Source: a virus (taxonomy: Duplodnaviria > Heunggongvirae > Uroviricota > Caudoviricetes). Taken from it: a stretch of DNA of 36,067 bases. Location: the IMG/VR virus record IMGVR_UViG_2563366915_000004; one strand, given 5' to 3'. Below the pieces are notes generated by a model. It was not told the DNA's origin. It made no database searches and saw nothing but the letters and a program-made list of their open reading frames with translations. Each line of letters begins with the position of its first letter. Position 1 is the first letter of the stretch. The position numbers were made by a program, and so were the translations under genes. Shown here piece after piece: positions 1 to 8,005 of the stretch.

Positions 1-720
1 CAAATCGTTGCAAATCCCCGTAAAGGCAGATGCGTGCCATGCCCGGTGACGCCAGAGGGAGTGTGTGCGTCGCTGCCATTTGTCGGTGTACCTCTCTCGT
101 TTACTCAGTTGTTCAGGAATATGGTGCAGCAGCTCGCCGTCGCCACAGTAAATGGCGGCATGATTCGGCACCGATGAACCAAAACAGCACAGCAGCACAT
201 CGCCCGGCTGGGCCGCTGACAACGGCACCTGATACAACCCCGTTGCCTCCATATTATCCAGATAGAGATTCTGGCCGTGACGCCACCAGTCATCCCCGCG
301 ATGAAAATCCGGCATCTCAATTCCCGCCAGATGGTAAGCGTCCCGGAACAGCGTGTAACAGTCCGTCACCCCGTGCTCAAAGCGCCGCCCGGTGAGATGC
401 GGCACACAGCGGAATTTATGAATCGCCCCCCGGCAGACCAGCCACCACGGCAAATCACTCTGCACCTGCAGCCGCCGGTCGGCCTCACTCAGCCAGGGCA
501 GACCACCGGGGTGGCTGTGGACCAGCGCCACAATCTCTCCCTGCATTTCTGCACTCAGCCAGTCCTCCGGCGACATCCGGAAATACGCCTCCGGCTCACC
601 AGAGATATTCACGCAGGGAAAATATCTTTCCCCCTCCGGTGTTCTCACCACGAAGCCGCACGACTCCGCTGGCGCACATCGCCGGGCGTGCGCCAGAATC
701 GCTGATTCTGTCTCTGTCAT
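1..720 (-). CDS. tail tip assembly protein K (partial; C-terminus runs off the window start)
   Basis: Minus-strand frame opening with ATG at 718-720 and no stop before position 1. Translation MTETESAILAHARRCAPAESCGFVV...HSHPGGLPWLSEAD carries a JAB/MPN-like HxH...S..D motif followed by a Cys/His NlpC/P60-like region; sits immediately downstream of L as in the lambda tail operon. Confidence 0.8.
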   Translation of the reverse strand, partial: MTETESAILAHARRCAPAESCGFVVRTPEGERYFPCVNISGEPEAYFRMSPEDWLSAEMQGEIVALVHSHPGGLPWLSEADRRLQVQSDLPWWLVCRGAIHKFRCVPHLTGRRFEHGVTDCYTLFRDAYHLAGIEMPDFHRGDDWWRHGQNLYLDNMEATGLYQVPLSAAQPGDVLLCCFGSSVPNHAAIYCGDGELLHHIPEQLSKRERYTDKWQRRTHSLWRHRAWHASAFTGICNDL

Positions 721-725
721 GGGAT

Positions 726-1424
726 TCACTGCGAAAGTTTGTTAATGGAAAGGAAGCCGCCAAAGTTGCCGACGTTATTGCGAAACTTACAGCCGCTCAG
801 GCATTTGCTGCATTTATCCTTCGTGATATCGGACGTCGGCTGATCATATTCATCCGCGACCGCCGGACCGTGATAACCGCACTCGTCACCGCGATAGGTC
901 CAGGTGCAGGTGTTGGCCAGCATGATGCGCCCCGGAAAAACGGCACCGTCCGTTTCCGTCGGCGTGGACAGTACAAAAGAGGCACTCACCGCGCTCAGTT
1001 CGCTGCACTGCTCGATGCGCCAGCGGCTGATCACCTCCTGCTCAGGATCGGCGTCACTGTTTCCGTTGACGAAGTTCACCGCATCCAGAAAACGGGCGTA
1101 AACCTTACGCCTGACCACCGTTCCGCCGACCAGACTCTGCAGATCTTCCGCCATCCCGGTGACCATGCCGTGCAGGTTAGAAACCGTCAGTGTCGGACGG
1201 GCAGCACTGCCCTTGCCATTCAGTTCAAATCCCGTCCCCTGAATGGGGTATGCCTGATACTGCCGCCCCTGCCAGGTAACCGGCTCACCTTTTTCGTTCT
1301 GCTCATTACAGAAAAAATAACGTTCACCACCGACCTCTGTCAGATCGATTTCCCAGAGCACCACCTGGGCTGACTGAGTGAGGCGTGTCGTCTCATGATG
1401 TGTTTCCTGTGGAATATCCTGCAT
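726..1424 (-). CDS. minor tail protein L
   Basis: 232-aa ORF MQDIPQETHHETTRLTQSAQVVLWEIDLTEVGGERYFFCNEQNEKGEP... near-collinear with lambda gpL as recalled; AGGAGG-type RBS upstream of the ATG; gene order M-L-K. Confidence 0.9.
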   Translation of the reverse strand: MQDIPQETHHETTRLTQSAQVVLWEIDLTEVGGERYFFCNEQNEKGEPVTWQGRQYQAYPIQGTGFELNGKGSAARPTLTVSNLHGMVTGMAEDLQSLVGGTVVRRKVYARFLDAVNFVNGNSDADPEQEVISRWRIEQCSELSAVSASFVLSTPTETDGAVFPGRIMLANTCTWTYRGDECGYHGPAVADEYDQPTSDITKDKCSKCLSGCKFRNNVGNFGGFLSINKLSQ

Positions 1425-1433
1425 CAGAGCCTC

Positions 1434-1763
1434 CTATGCCACGACCTGTTCAAAATCTGCCGTTATGGTTACCCACAACGCCCCCACGCTTGCCGACCAT
1501 TTACGACAAACCACCCTGATCGGCTTCCAGTCATAAGGTGGCGTCCACTGAAATGCGCGGACGCCACCGTGCCGTTCCAGAAAGGCTTTTAAAGATGGGT
1601 GTTCACATTTACGAACACGTATCGTCACGCTGTAAGTCGACAACTGGTTATTCAGTCCCGCCGCACGACGCTGTTCATAACCATCGCCAAGCTTCACTGT
1701 CACCACTTTCGGCTCTGATACCACATTCATATCCGGGCGCACTTTCCAGTGAAACGTCTCCAT
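1434..1763 (-). CDS. minor tail protein M
   Basis: 109-aa ORF METFHWKVRPDMNVVSEPKVVTVKLGDGYEQ..., the lambda gpM length and sequence pattern; start overlaps the H stop (TAATG). Confidence 0.9.
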   Translation of the reverse strand: METFHWKVRPDMNVVSEPKVVTVKLGDGYEQRRAAGLNNQLSTYSVTIRVRKCEHPSLKAFLERHGGVRAFQWTPPYDWKPIRVVCRKWSASVGALWVTITADFEQVVA

Positions 1764-4700
1764 TACCGATATGCTCCACTTAACCGACCACCATCACGGG
1801 CCTGCTGTTGCATAAAGTCCGCTGCCGCTTTTTTCCCGAGGTCATAAACCGCCTTCAGGGCAGCCGGACCTATCTGCCCGTTCGTGCCATCGTTATTGAT
1901 CTCGATGTTGTACTGCGGGGAAAACATCGCCATACCTGAACCCCCAATATCCGCCACAACCCCCAGCTTACCGTCAGCACCACGACGCAATGGCAGAATG
2001 GCTTCAGGTCCCGCTTCCCCCATCACACCCGCGCCTTTTGCAAAAGCAAAAAACGTCGGACGGTTAACCACCGTGCCACTGTAACGACTCAAATCAGCAG
2101 ACTGATAAATCCCCCCATTGGCATTCAGGGAAAGGCTGCTGAGATCAAATCCCAGCACACTGCCAATCCCTTTTATCGATTTCATCATGGTTGCCTGCGC
2201 CAGGATTTTCGCCATATCTGACAGCACAGAAGAGGTGAAGGATTTGAAATTGAGTTTGCCGGTAGTGACAAAAGTTGCCAGGCCATTTCCCATGTTGCTG
2301 AAGGCTGACGAGAACACCTGTTCTGCTGTTCCTGCCGTATTATCTGCATCCACGGTAAAATCCTGAAATGCACGCAGGACTCCGTTTTTCCAGTTACCCT
2401 GCACAACTTCAAGCTGTTGCCAGTAACGGCGATTCTCATTCAGTTGTCGGTTCAGGCTCTCCGTCAGCGCCTGCTCGGCCTTTCTGTAGTCATCCGTGTT
2501 ATATGTTCCTTTCTGCTCACTATCCCGCCTCAACTGCTCCAGCTGTTGCTGGTATTTCTGGCGAAGACTCAGTTGTACCTGATATCGCTGCCGCTGCTGA
2601 TCACCCATACCCACCGTGGCGATATCCAGGTCATGTTGCTGACGCTGAGCGCGCTCTTCTTCAGCCAGTTGACTGGTCAGCTGAATTGTTTTTTTCTTCA
2701 GCTCGTTGAGTGCCGTCTGTTTCTGAAGCTCCTGCTGTTTTACATCCAGCAGCGTCAGTGCCTGAATCAGTTCATCTTTACGGGCCAGCACACTCTTTTC
2801 ATCTGCCGTCAGTTTTTTCCCGTCCAGGTCGCTGATGCGCTGCTGCAGAGCCAGAAGCTGTTTATGCGCTTCTGTCATCCTTTCCGTGGCAATGCCTGCT
2901 GACTGTCTGGCAGCAGCAATCTGTCCTTCCACCTGTGCCTGTTGCTGACTGTACTGCAGCAATAACCGGGTGGCCTCATCATTACGGGGTTCGCGTGTTT
3001 TTTTCTTACCGGATGCCAGGGCTTTCTCGTAACGTTCATTTTCACGTTGTATCGCTGCATCCCTGACAGCCTGATCGGCGTACTGCATGGAATTAATACG
3101 CGCAATTTCACGCTGATGTCGTGCTGCTTCCGTTTCATTCATCCGGTTCAGTGCAGCATTTTCAGCATTACGTCGTTTCTGTTGCTCCTGATAATTCCGC
3201 TCTGCCTGCTCTTTTGCATCCTGCAAATCCTTCTGGCGTTTTTTCTCCTGAAGATCGTTAAGACGCTGCTGATCGTATTCAACCTGAGAAGATGATGCCG
3301 TCCAGGGGAGTCTTTTCGCCCGCGACACTTTCTCCTGTAAAGCGGCAATCTGTTCATCCAGCGAGTCTTCACGACCAATATTCATGGCCGCATCCCAGAA
3401 ACGACTCCACAAATCAGACAGATACTTCAGCGTACTGCCAAGCGCATTGAGGTTATTATCAATATCCGCAGTACGCCGACCGGTTTCCTCTGCCAGTGCA
3501 GACATGGCTATCCGTGCAGCATCACTGGACCGTCCCTGATCCCCAAGGACACGTATCTGCTCAAGCTGAGTGGCAGTAAGAAAATGCAGCTCATTGTCCA
3601 GAGCCTTCGCGGCATTTACAGGATCATCCTTCAGCCGCTTAAACTGATTTATGGTATCGCTGACCGACTGGCCAACCGATCGCTCCATCTGTGCGGCAGC
3701 TCTCGCCACCATACCGATATCGTTTCCACGAAATGCACCACTCCCCACCACCTGAGCCAGCGCACCGGCTGCAGCATGTTGCGTGATACCATTCCCGGAA
3801 ATAGCACGACTGAGCGTCCACAGCTGCCCGGCAGTGACTCCGGCATAATGCCCCGTCAGCGACAACTGGCGGTTAAATTCTTCCCCCTCCTTCTGACCGT
3901 CATACCAGGCTTTACCCAGACCATAGACGGACGCGGCAATACCGCCAATAACCCCGCCAAGCATCATGCCTTTCGGTGACATCAGAGTGTCTATCCATCC
4001 GGCACGGTTAGCCAGCGTTATCCCGGATCCCCTCAGCGCCCCTAAATTGCCGCGGGCCAGTTCACCTATCAGAACGCCAATCTCCTGGCGGGCCGCTGCA
4101 CTTTTCAGACCCAGCGAATGCGTGGCTTTTCCTGCCTGCTCCATTTTGCGGATATACACTTCTGCAGCACTGCTTACCCCCAGCTGGGCAGCCTTAGCAC
4201 GAAGCAACTCAGAAGAAGAAAGATTCTGGCGGGTTGCCTGCTCTTTAAGCTGACGGATAAACGCCACTTTCTGTCGGGTAGCCTCTTCCTCAGCCTGCGT
4301 AAGAACACGGGTTTTCGCCGTAACCTCAGAAATCAGCGCCAGATAATCCTGCTGACCAATCCCGCCACTGTTTCTGGCCTGTCGGATCTGCTGCTGAATA
4401 CGCTGTAATTCCTGCAGCCCCGCACTGGCCTGTTTCACACTGTCAATCTGACGATAAAACGCGGCAGCCGCTTTATCCTGAGCCTCCGCCAGAGCCATGG
4501 CCTGCGCCTGTTCCTCGCGCATTTTCTGGCTCAGTGCCTCCATACGCTGGCGGGTTTGCTCCACCTCGCGGGCCATGCGTTCATGAGCCTGTGCGCTCTT
4601 CTCCACCGTCTGCGCATGGACGGATGCGGCTGTTGCAGCCGAAGAAGCCGCCTGCATTGTCTGCCGGGCGGCCTGAGTCTGACGCTCCATAAAACGCTGC

Positions 4701-4828
4701 ATACGGGCAGAAGACCGTTCTGCATCGCTGGCTGCACCATTCAGAAGGTTTTTGATACGGGGAATTTCATTTTTAAACTCTGCCGCATCAATCCCCAAAT
4801 CAATGACCAGGTTGGCTATCTGGTCCAT
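1763..4828 (-). CDS. tail tape measure protein (lambda H-like)
   Basis: Long ORF (track 1763..4858); start moved to internal Met MDQIANLVIDLGIDAAEF, which aligns with the lambda H N-terminus and is preceded by a GGAGGTG RBS. Coiled-coil-rich Q/A/E/R middle region; C-terminus ...NNDGTNGQIGPAALKAVYDLGKKAA resembles lambda H. About 1021 aa, longer than lambda H. Confidence 0.88.
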   Translation of the reverse strand: MDQIANLVIDLGIDAAEFKNEIPRIKNLLNGAASDAERSSARMQRFMERQTQAARQTMQAASSAATAASVHAQTVEKSAQAHERMAREVEQTRQRMEALSQKMREEQAQAMALAEAQDKAAAAFYRQIDSVKQASAGLQELQRIQQQIRQARNSGGIGQQDYLALISEVTAKTRVLTQAEEEATRQKVAFIRQLKEQATRQNLSSSELLRAKAAQLGVSSAAEVYIRKMEQAGKATHSLGLKSAAARQEIGVLIGELARGNLGALRGSGITLANRAGWIDTLMSPKGMMLGGVIGGIAASVYGLGKAWYDGQKEGEEFNRQLSLTGHYAGVTAGQLWTLSRAISGNGITQHAAAGALAQVVGSGAFRGNDIGMVARAAAQMERSVGQSVSDTINQFKRLKDDPVNAAKALDNELHFLTATQLEQIRVLGDQGRSSDAARIAMSALAEETGRRTADIDNNLNALGSTLKYLSDLWSRFWDAAMNIGREDSLDEQIAALQEKVSRAKRLPWTASSSQVEYDQQRLNDLQEKKRQKDLQDAKEQAERNYQEQQKRRNAENAALNRMNETEAARHQREIARINSMQYADQAVRDAAIQRENERYEKALASGKKKTREPRNDEATRLLLQYSQQQAQVEGQIAAARQSAGIATERMTEAHKQLLALQQRISDLDGKKLTADEKSVLARKDELIQALTLLDVKQQELQKQTALNELKKKTIQLTSQLAEEERAQRQQHDLDIATVGMGDQQRQRYQVQLSLRQKYQQQLEQLRRDSEQKGTYNTDDYRKAEQALTESLNRQLNENRRYWQQLEVVQGNWKNGVLRAFQDFTVDADNTAGTAEQVFSSAFSNMGNGLATFVTTGKLNFKSFTSSVLSDMAKILAQATMMKSIKGIGSVLGFDLSSLSLNANGGIYQSADLSRYSGTVVNRPTFFAFAKGAGVMGEAGPEAILPLRRGADGKLGVVADIGGSGMAMFSPQYNIEINNDGTNGQIGPAALKAVYDLGKKAAADFMQQQARDGGRLSGAYR

Positions 4829-5527
4829 AACGCACACCTCCGGAAATACCTTCCCCAAGATGCATCAGTTCTTCGTCCGTTCGCTCCGGTATCCCGTTCT
4901 CTTCCGGTAAAAGGCTGAAATCAGCCACCGCAGCATCACTGCTACCGGACACCATTCTCACGATCAATGCCTTCAGCGAGGCAAACTGCGCATCCATCCA
5001 CACATCACTGAAGCTCTGCATCCGGAAATAATCGCCCCACTCACCAAGCTCAGTGGCCGACATTTCCGACAGCATCCGCCGCCAGTCTGCCCGCCGGAAC
5101 TCCCGGGCAAGCCGCATGACAAACTGCATTTCCCGCGTCAGGACTTTTCCGGCGTCAGCACCTCATGCTCCAAATCCCCGGCATTCTCAATGACTCCCAT
5201 ACCGCTCAGCGACAGAACCATCTCCGCCCCCGCTCCCAGGGCATCATACGACCATGTTGTAATAACGGATGCGCAAAGCGTCTCAACATCCTGAGACTGT
5301 TCCGCATTCCACAGTGAGCGGGAAACCAGCCAGGCATTGATATCCATCCCCATCCGCAGAAAAGCAATCTGTCGTTCAGCCTCCGGCAGTTCTCCCTCTT
5401 CGGCATCAAACTTTGCCGTTCGCTGCTGAACAAACGCCAGATATTCAATTCTCTGCAGCCCGGACAGCTCACTGAGCACCACGGACTGCTTTTCATAATT
5501 AAACGTGCCCTGTTTCAGAAACATCAT
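4800..5527 (-). CDS. tail assembly chaperone G-T fusion, made by programmed -1 ribosomal frameshift near the end of G (about 5144-5152)
   Basis: ORF 4800..5129 is in the -1 frame relative to G and has no RBS of its own; reading from the last G codons (CCG GAA AAG TCC TGA) in the -1 frame gives V-L-T-R-E-MQFVMRLAREF..., continuous with the T ORF. Position between V and H matches the conserved G/GT arrangement. Confidence 0.7.
5138..5527 (-). CDS. tail assembly chaperone G
   Basis: ORF track 5138..5566; start placed at the internal ATG ATG (MMFLKQGTFNYEKQ...) preceded by GGTGGAG, because the upstream part of the track ORF overlaps a terminator-like hairpin. Acidic C-terminus typical of gpG. 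Confidence 0.75.
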   Translation of the reverse strand: MMFLKQGTFNYEKQSVVLSELSGLQRIEYLAFVQQRTAKFDAEEGELPEAERQIAFLRMGMDINAWLVSRSLWNAEQSQDVETLCASVITTWSYDALGAGAEMVLSLSGMGVIENAGDLEHEVLTPEKS

Positions 5528-5540
5528 GTTCTCCACCTGC

Positions 5541-5564
5541 AAAAAAGCCCCGGATAACCGGGGC
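5541..5564 (-). terminator. intrinsic terminator or attenuator between major tail gene V and G
   Basis: Perfect inverted repeat GCCCCGG-ttat-CCGGGGC followed on the minus strand by TTTTTTG, located between the V stop (5585) and the G RBS. Confidence 0.5.
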
Positions 5565-5584
5565 AAATGATGAGTATCGTCCTG

Positions 5585-6328
5585 TTAACCTGCGGCGCTG
5601 ACAGCCACCGCAGCCACTGCCACAAAATCGCCGTCAGAAGTCATGCCCACAATGCTGACACTGCCCTGCTTCACGCCTTTCACCGTGGCCACAAGCCCGT
5701 TCAGGGTCACCGTGGCAGTCTGTGGATCTGTCGAATGCACACTGATCGCTTTGTCACTGGCTCCGTCAGGTTTTACTGTAAAGGTCAGCGTGGTGGTTGC
5801 TCCCACTTTTACACTGGCAGATGCCGGTGCCACCGTCAGCCCGGTAACGCTCACTGTTTCAGTGCCTTCCTCTGCCAGATACGGACGCCCCACACCGCTG
5901 ATTTTCACTGTGCGGGTCATCACGTCTTTTGAGGCAATGGTTTTACCCAGTGAGCTCAGCCAGCCACGGAAAACATCAACAGTGCCGTTGGGATATTTGA
6001 TACGAAACGCGCAGACTTCACCGGAGTCGAACAACTGAACCAGTTTTTTCTGCCCGCTGTCACCCGGACGCCAGGCCAGCGTCGCCGAAGTATCACCGAC
6101 GGATTTCTGCCCCTGGGTTGTCGTTTTCCAGTCTGCATCTTCATCATCGAGATAAGTGTCATCTTCTGCATCAGCGGTCATTTCGCCAGGTTGCAGATCC
6201 TTCACCATCGCAAGACGCAGCCAGTCAGTGTCCGATAAAGGGTTCGCAAACGCATCGCCCTTGCCGGTGTACATCCAGAACGTCGTTCCCGCACCTTTCG
6301 TTTTTGCCAGTGGATTTGGTGTGGTCAT
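5585..6328 (-). CDS. major tail protein V (with C-terminal Ig-like domain)
   Basis: ORF track start is GTG; moved to the internal ATG (MTTPNPLAKTKGAGTTFW...) preceded by AAAGGAGGTG. Sequence resembles lambda gpV (KGAGTT...ANPLSD...YLDDEDADW...NGTVDVFRGW) with a Big_2-like C-terminal region. Confidence 0.9.
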   Translation of the reverse strand: MTTPNPLAKTKGAGTTFWMYTGKGDAFANPLSDTDWLRLAMVKDLQPGEMTADAEDDTYLDDEDADWKTTTQGQKSVGDTSATLAWRPGDSGQKKLVQLFDSGEVCAFRIKYPNGTVDVFRGWLSSLGKTIASKDVMTRTVKISGVGRPYLAEEGTETVSVTGLTVAPASASVKVGATTTLTFTVKPDGASDKAISVHSTDPQTATVTLNGLVATVKGVKQGSVSIVGMTSDGDFVAVAAVAVSAAG

Positions 6329-6339
6329 TGCCACCTCCT

Positions 6340-6741
6340 TTAATTCGTGTACGTGATCTGGTACGTGATTTCCGCCATCGCCCAGGTGGCCATCTCATTA
6401 TCACGTTGATAGTTAAAACCGAGAGGGATCAGGGTGTCGATGAGTCCGGAAAGTGCCGGTATATCATTCAGGGCCGGGAAAATGGTGCTCTCCATCCACA
6501 TATCCAGCTCTGAATCCGGTGCCTGTGCCCGGATGAAGACAGCAATATGCAGAACAGCCTGCCAGTCATCTTCATCCGTCATTTTTCCGGTGTACTGAGC
6601 ATCACTCAGCCACACCGCCACGGCAGGCAGTTCCTGCGCATCAATAAATGCCGGAAGCCCGTCAAAAAACGTGGCGCTGTCTCCACACTGTTCCCGAAGG
6701 CGTGCCAGTACGGCCTGGCGGATTTGTGTATGTCGGTTCAT
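6340..6741 (-). CDS. tail terminator protein U
   Basis: ORF 6340..6753; MNRHTQIRQAVLARL...ATFFDG...PAVAV...WQAVLHI...PDSELD.WMES aligns with lambda gpU as recalled. Start chosen at the internal Met forming an ATGA overlap with the Z stop; the upstream ATG at 6753 is an alternative. Confidence 0.8.
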   Translation of the reverse strand: MNRHTQIRQAVLARLREQCGDSATFFDGLPAFIDAQELPAVAVWLSDAQYTGKMTDEDDWQAVLHIAVFIRAQAPDSELDMWMESTIFPALNDIPALSGLIDTLIPLGFNYQRDNEMATWAMAEITYQITYTN

Positions 6742-7316
6742 CGGGTCAGCCATAACCTCAGTTGTTGTTTCAGTGCATACCCCAGCTGTTTCGGCATTTC
6801 CGCAGCAATAATGCGGTCGCGGGCATCTTCAAATGCCTGTGTCAGCGGTCCGGACAGCGGGACTTTCACCACATCAATGGGGTAACGATTTTTGCCATCA
6901 ATACGCCGCATCACATGCCAGCGACCATTCGCCAGTTGCTGAATAAACGCATCCCGGAAAAGATATTTACCCACCTTCAGCACACTGCCACGGTACTGCA
7001 GTTTTCCACCACGCCGGGCCAGTCTGACCCGGGCTGTCCCCAGCTTAATAGCGGGCAGATTGCCCCGGTTAACGCGGATCCTGGCCGTCATTTTTCCTGA
7101 CGGACTGGCTTTAAACACCCGGACACGCTGACGTACCAGTTTCAGGGGGATCCCTTTCACCTGGTTATCTCCCGCAACGGTATTCCCGGCAACCTGCCGG
7201 GTGGCGACCGAGACCGCTTTCTGTGCCACACGGTTTATCGCCCATGCGCTGGCCTGTGGCACCATACGGGTATCAAGGCTGTTCAGATTACGGATGGCAT
7301 TCTCAAGCCCCTTCAT
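6738..7316 (-). CDS. tail completion protein Z
   Basis: 192-aa ORF MKGLENAIRNLNSLDTRMVPQASAWAINRVAQKA..., same length and N-terminus pattern as lambda gpZ; AGAGGTG RBS upstream. Confidence 0.8.
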   Translation of the reverse strand: MKGLENAIRNLNSLDTRMVPQASAWAINRVAQKAVSVATRQVAGNTVAGDNQVKGIPLKLVRQRVRVFKASPSGKMTARIRVNRGNLPAIKLGTARVRLARRGGKLQYRGSVLKVGKYLFRDAFIQQLANGRWHVMRRIDGKNRYPIDVVKVPLSGPLTQAFEDARDRIIAAEMPKQLGYALKQQLRLWLTR

Positions 7317-7327
7317 CCCACACCTCT

Positions 7328-7603
7328 TTACTCAATAAAGATCATTGGCTTACCGTTAAAACGTTCATGCCGTGTGACCGTCCATTGTTGTCCGTCATAA
7401 ACAACGCGATCCCCGCGCCGTGGGCGGTATCCCGAAGAAAACACCACCAGAGAGACCGCAGGTCCGGACAGAGCATTCAGCTCTGCCAGTGTTTCTCCCG
7501 GGATCACAGTCATATCGACATCATTAATCGAGGCTGTCTTTCCCATCTTTCTGACCGTGATAGCATCCATACGCGCTGCCAGCCGGGAAAAGGGATCAGA
7601 CAT
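7328..7603 (-). CDS. small head-tail joining/adaptor protein (FII-position; family not recognised)
   Basis: 91-aa ORF between the capsid-associated genes and Z; start overlaps the stop of the upstream gene (ATGTCTGA); assignment is by synteny only. Confidence 0.45.
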   Translation of the reverse strand: MSDPFSRLAARMDAITVRKMGKTASINDVDMTVIPGETLAELNALSGPAVSLVVFSSGYRPRRGDRVVYDGQQWTVTRHERFNGKPMIFIE

Positions 7604-7919
7604 TGAGTTTTACCGGCACTTCTTCTGCACTGGTTCCGGCATCTGCCCAGACAACCCCGACCAGCGGATCAGAGCCGCTGTTAGTCAGCTGAACTTTTCC
7701 GGACTTCAGATAAACCTTCTTACCCGTTTTCATGTCATCCGTTTTCAGCTTAGGCAGCATAAACACACCTTCGGTCATGCCGTCGCCTGTTTCACCCTGT
7801 GGAATATCGGTCAGCGCCACCGCAAAAACATCGCCCACCTGCACCAGATCTCCGCTGCTGATGGCTGCACTGGCAACAATCGCCACCGTTTTTCCTTCTT
7901 CTACAAAATTCTTTGCCAT
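7596..7919 (-). CDS. small capsid-associated protein (DUF2190-like, putative decoration/cement protein)
   Basis: Track ORF 7596..7964; start placed at internal ATG (MAKNFVEEGKTVAIVASAAISSGDLVQVGDVFAVAL...) preceded by GGAGACAGTT. About 107 aa, encoded directly after the major capsid gene, as is typical for DUF2190 proteins. Confidence 0.5.
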   Translation of the reverse strand: MAKNFVEEGKTVAIVASAAISSGDLVQVGDVFAVALTDIPQGETGDGMTEGVFMLPKLKTDDMKTGKKVYLKSGKVQLTNSGSDPLVGVVWADAGTSAEEVPVKLNV

Positions 7920-7932
7920 AACTGTCTCCGCA

Positions 7933-7981
7933 CAGCCCCGTTCAGGGGCTGATTTCAGGTACAAAAAAAGCCCTTACGGGC
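7933..7981 (-). terminator. two stem-loops, one with a U7 tract, immediately downstream of the capsid gene (putative partial terminator)
   Basis: Minus strand: GCCC-gtaa-GGGC followed by TTTTTTT (about 7963-7981), then a stronger hairpin CAGCCCC-tgaac-GGGGCTG (about 7933-7951) just before the RBS of the next gene. Confidence 0.4.
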
Positions 7982-8005
7982 CATCAGAGTTGTTGTCTGC
8001 GACGT

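Noticed and set aside
30-1373. Plus-strand ORFs (30..395, 277..705, 639..1373 and many similar ones across 1-14000)
   Set aside because: They lie antisense to well-supported tail/head/terminase genes on the minus strand, lack RBS context and have Arg/Pro/Ser-rich composition typical of shadow ORFs in GC-rich coding DNA.
5528-5566. N-terminal extension of G in the track (MPRLSGAFLQVEN...)
   Set aside because: The extension overlaps the V-G hairpin/U-tract and lacks an RBS; the internal ATG ATG preceded by GGTGGAG is a better start.
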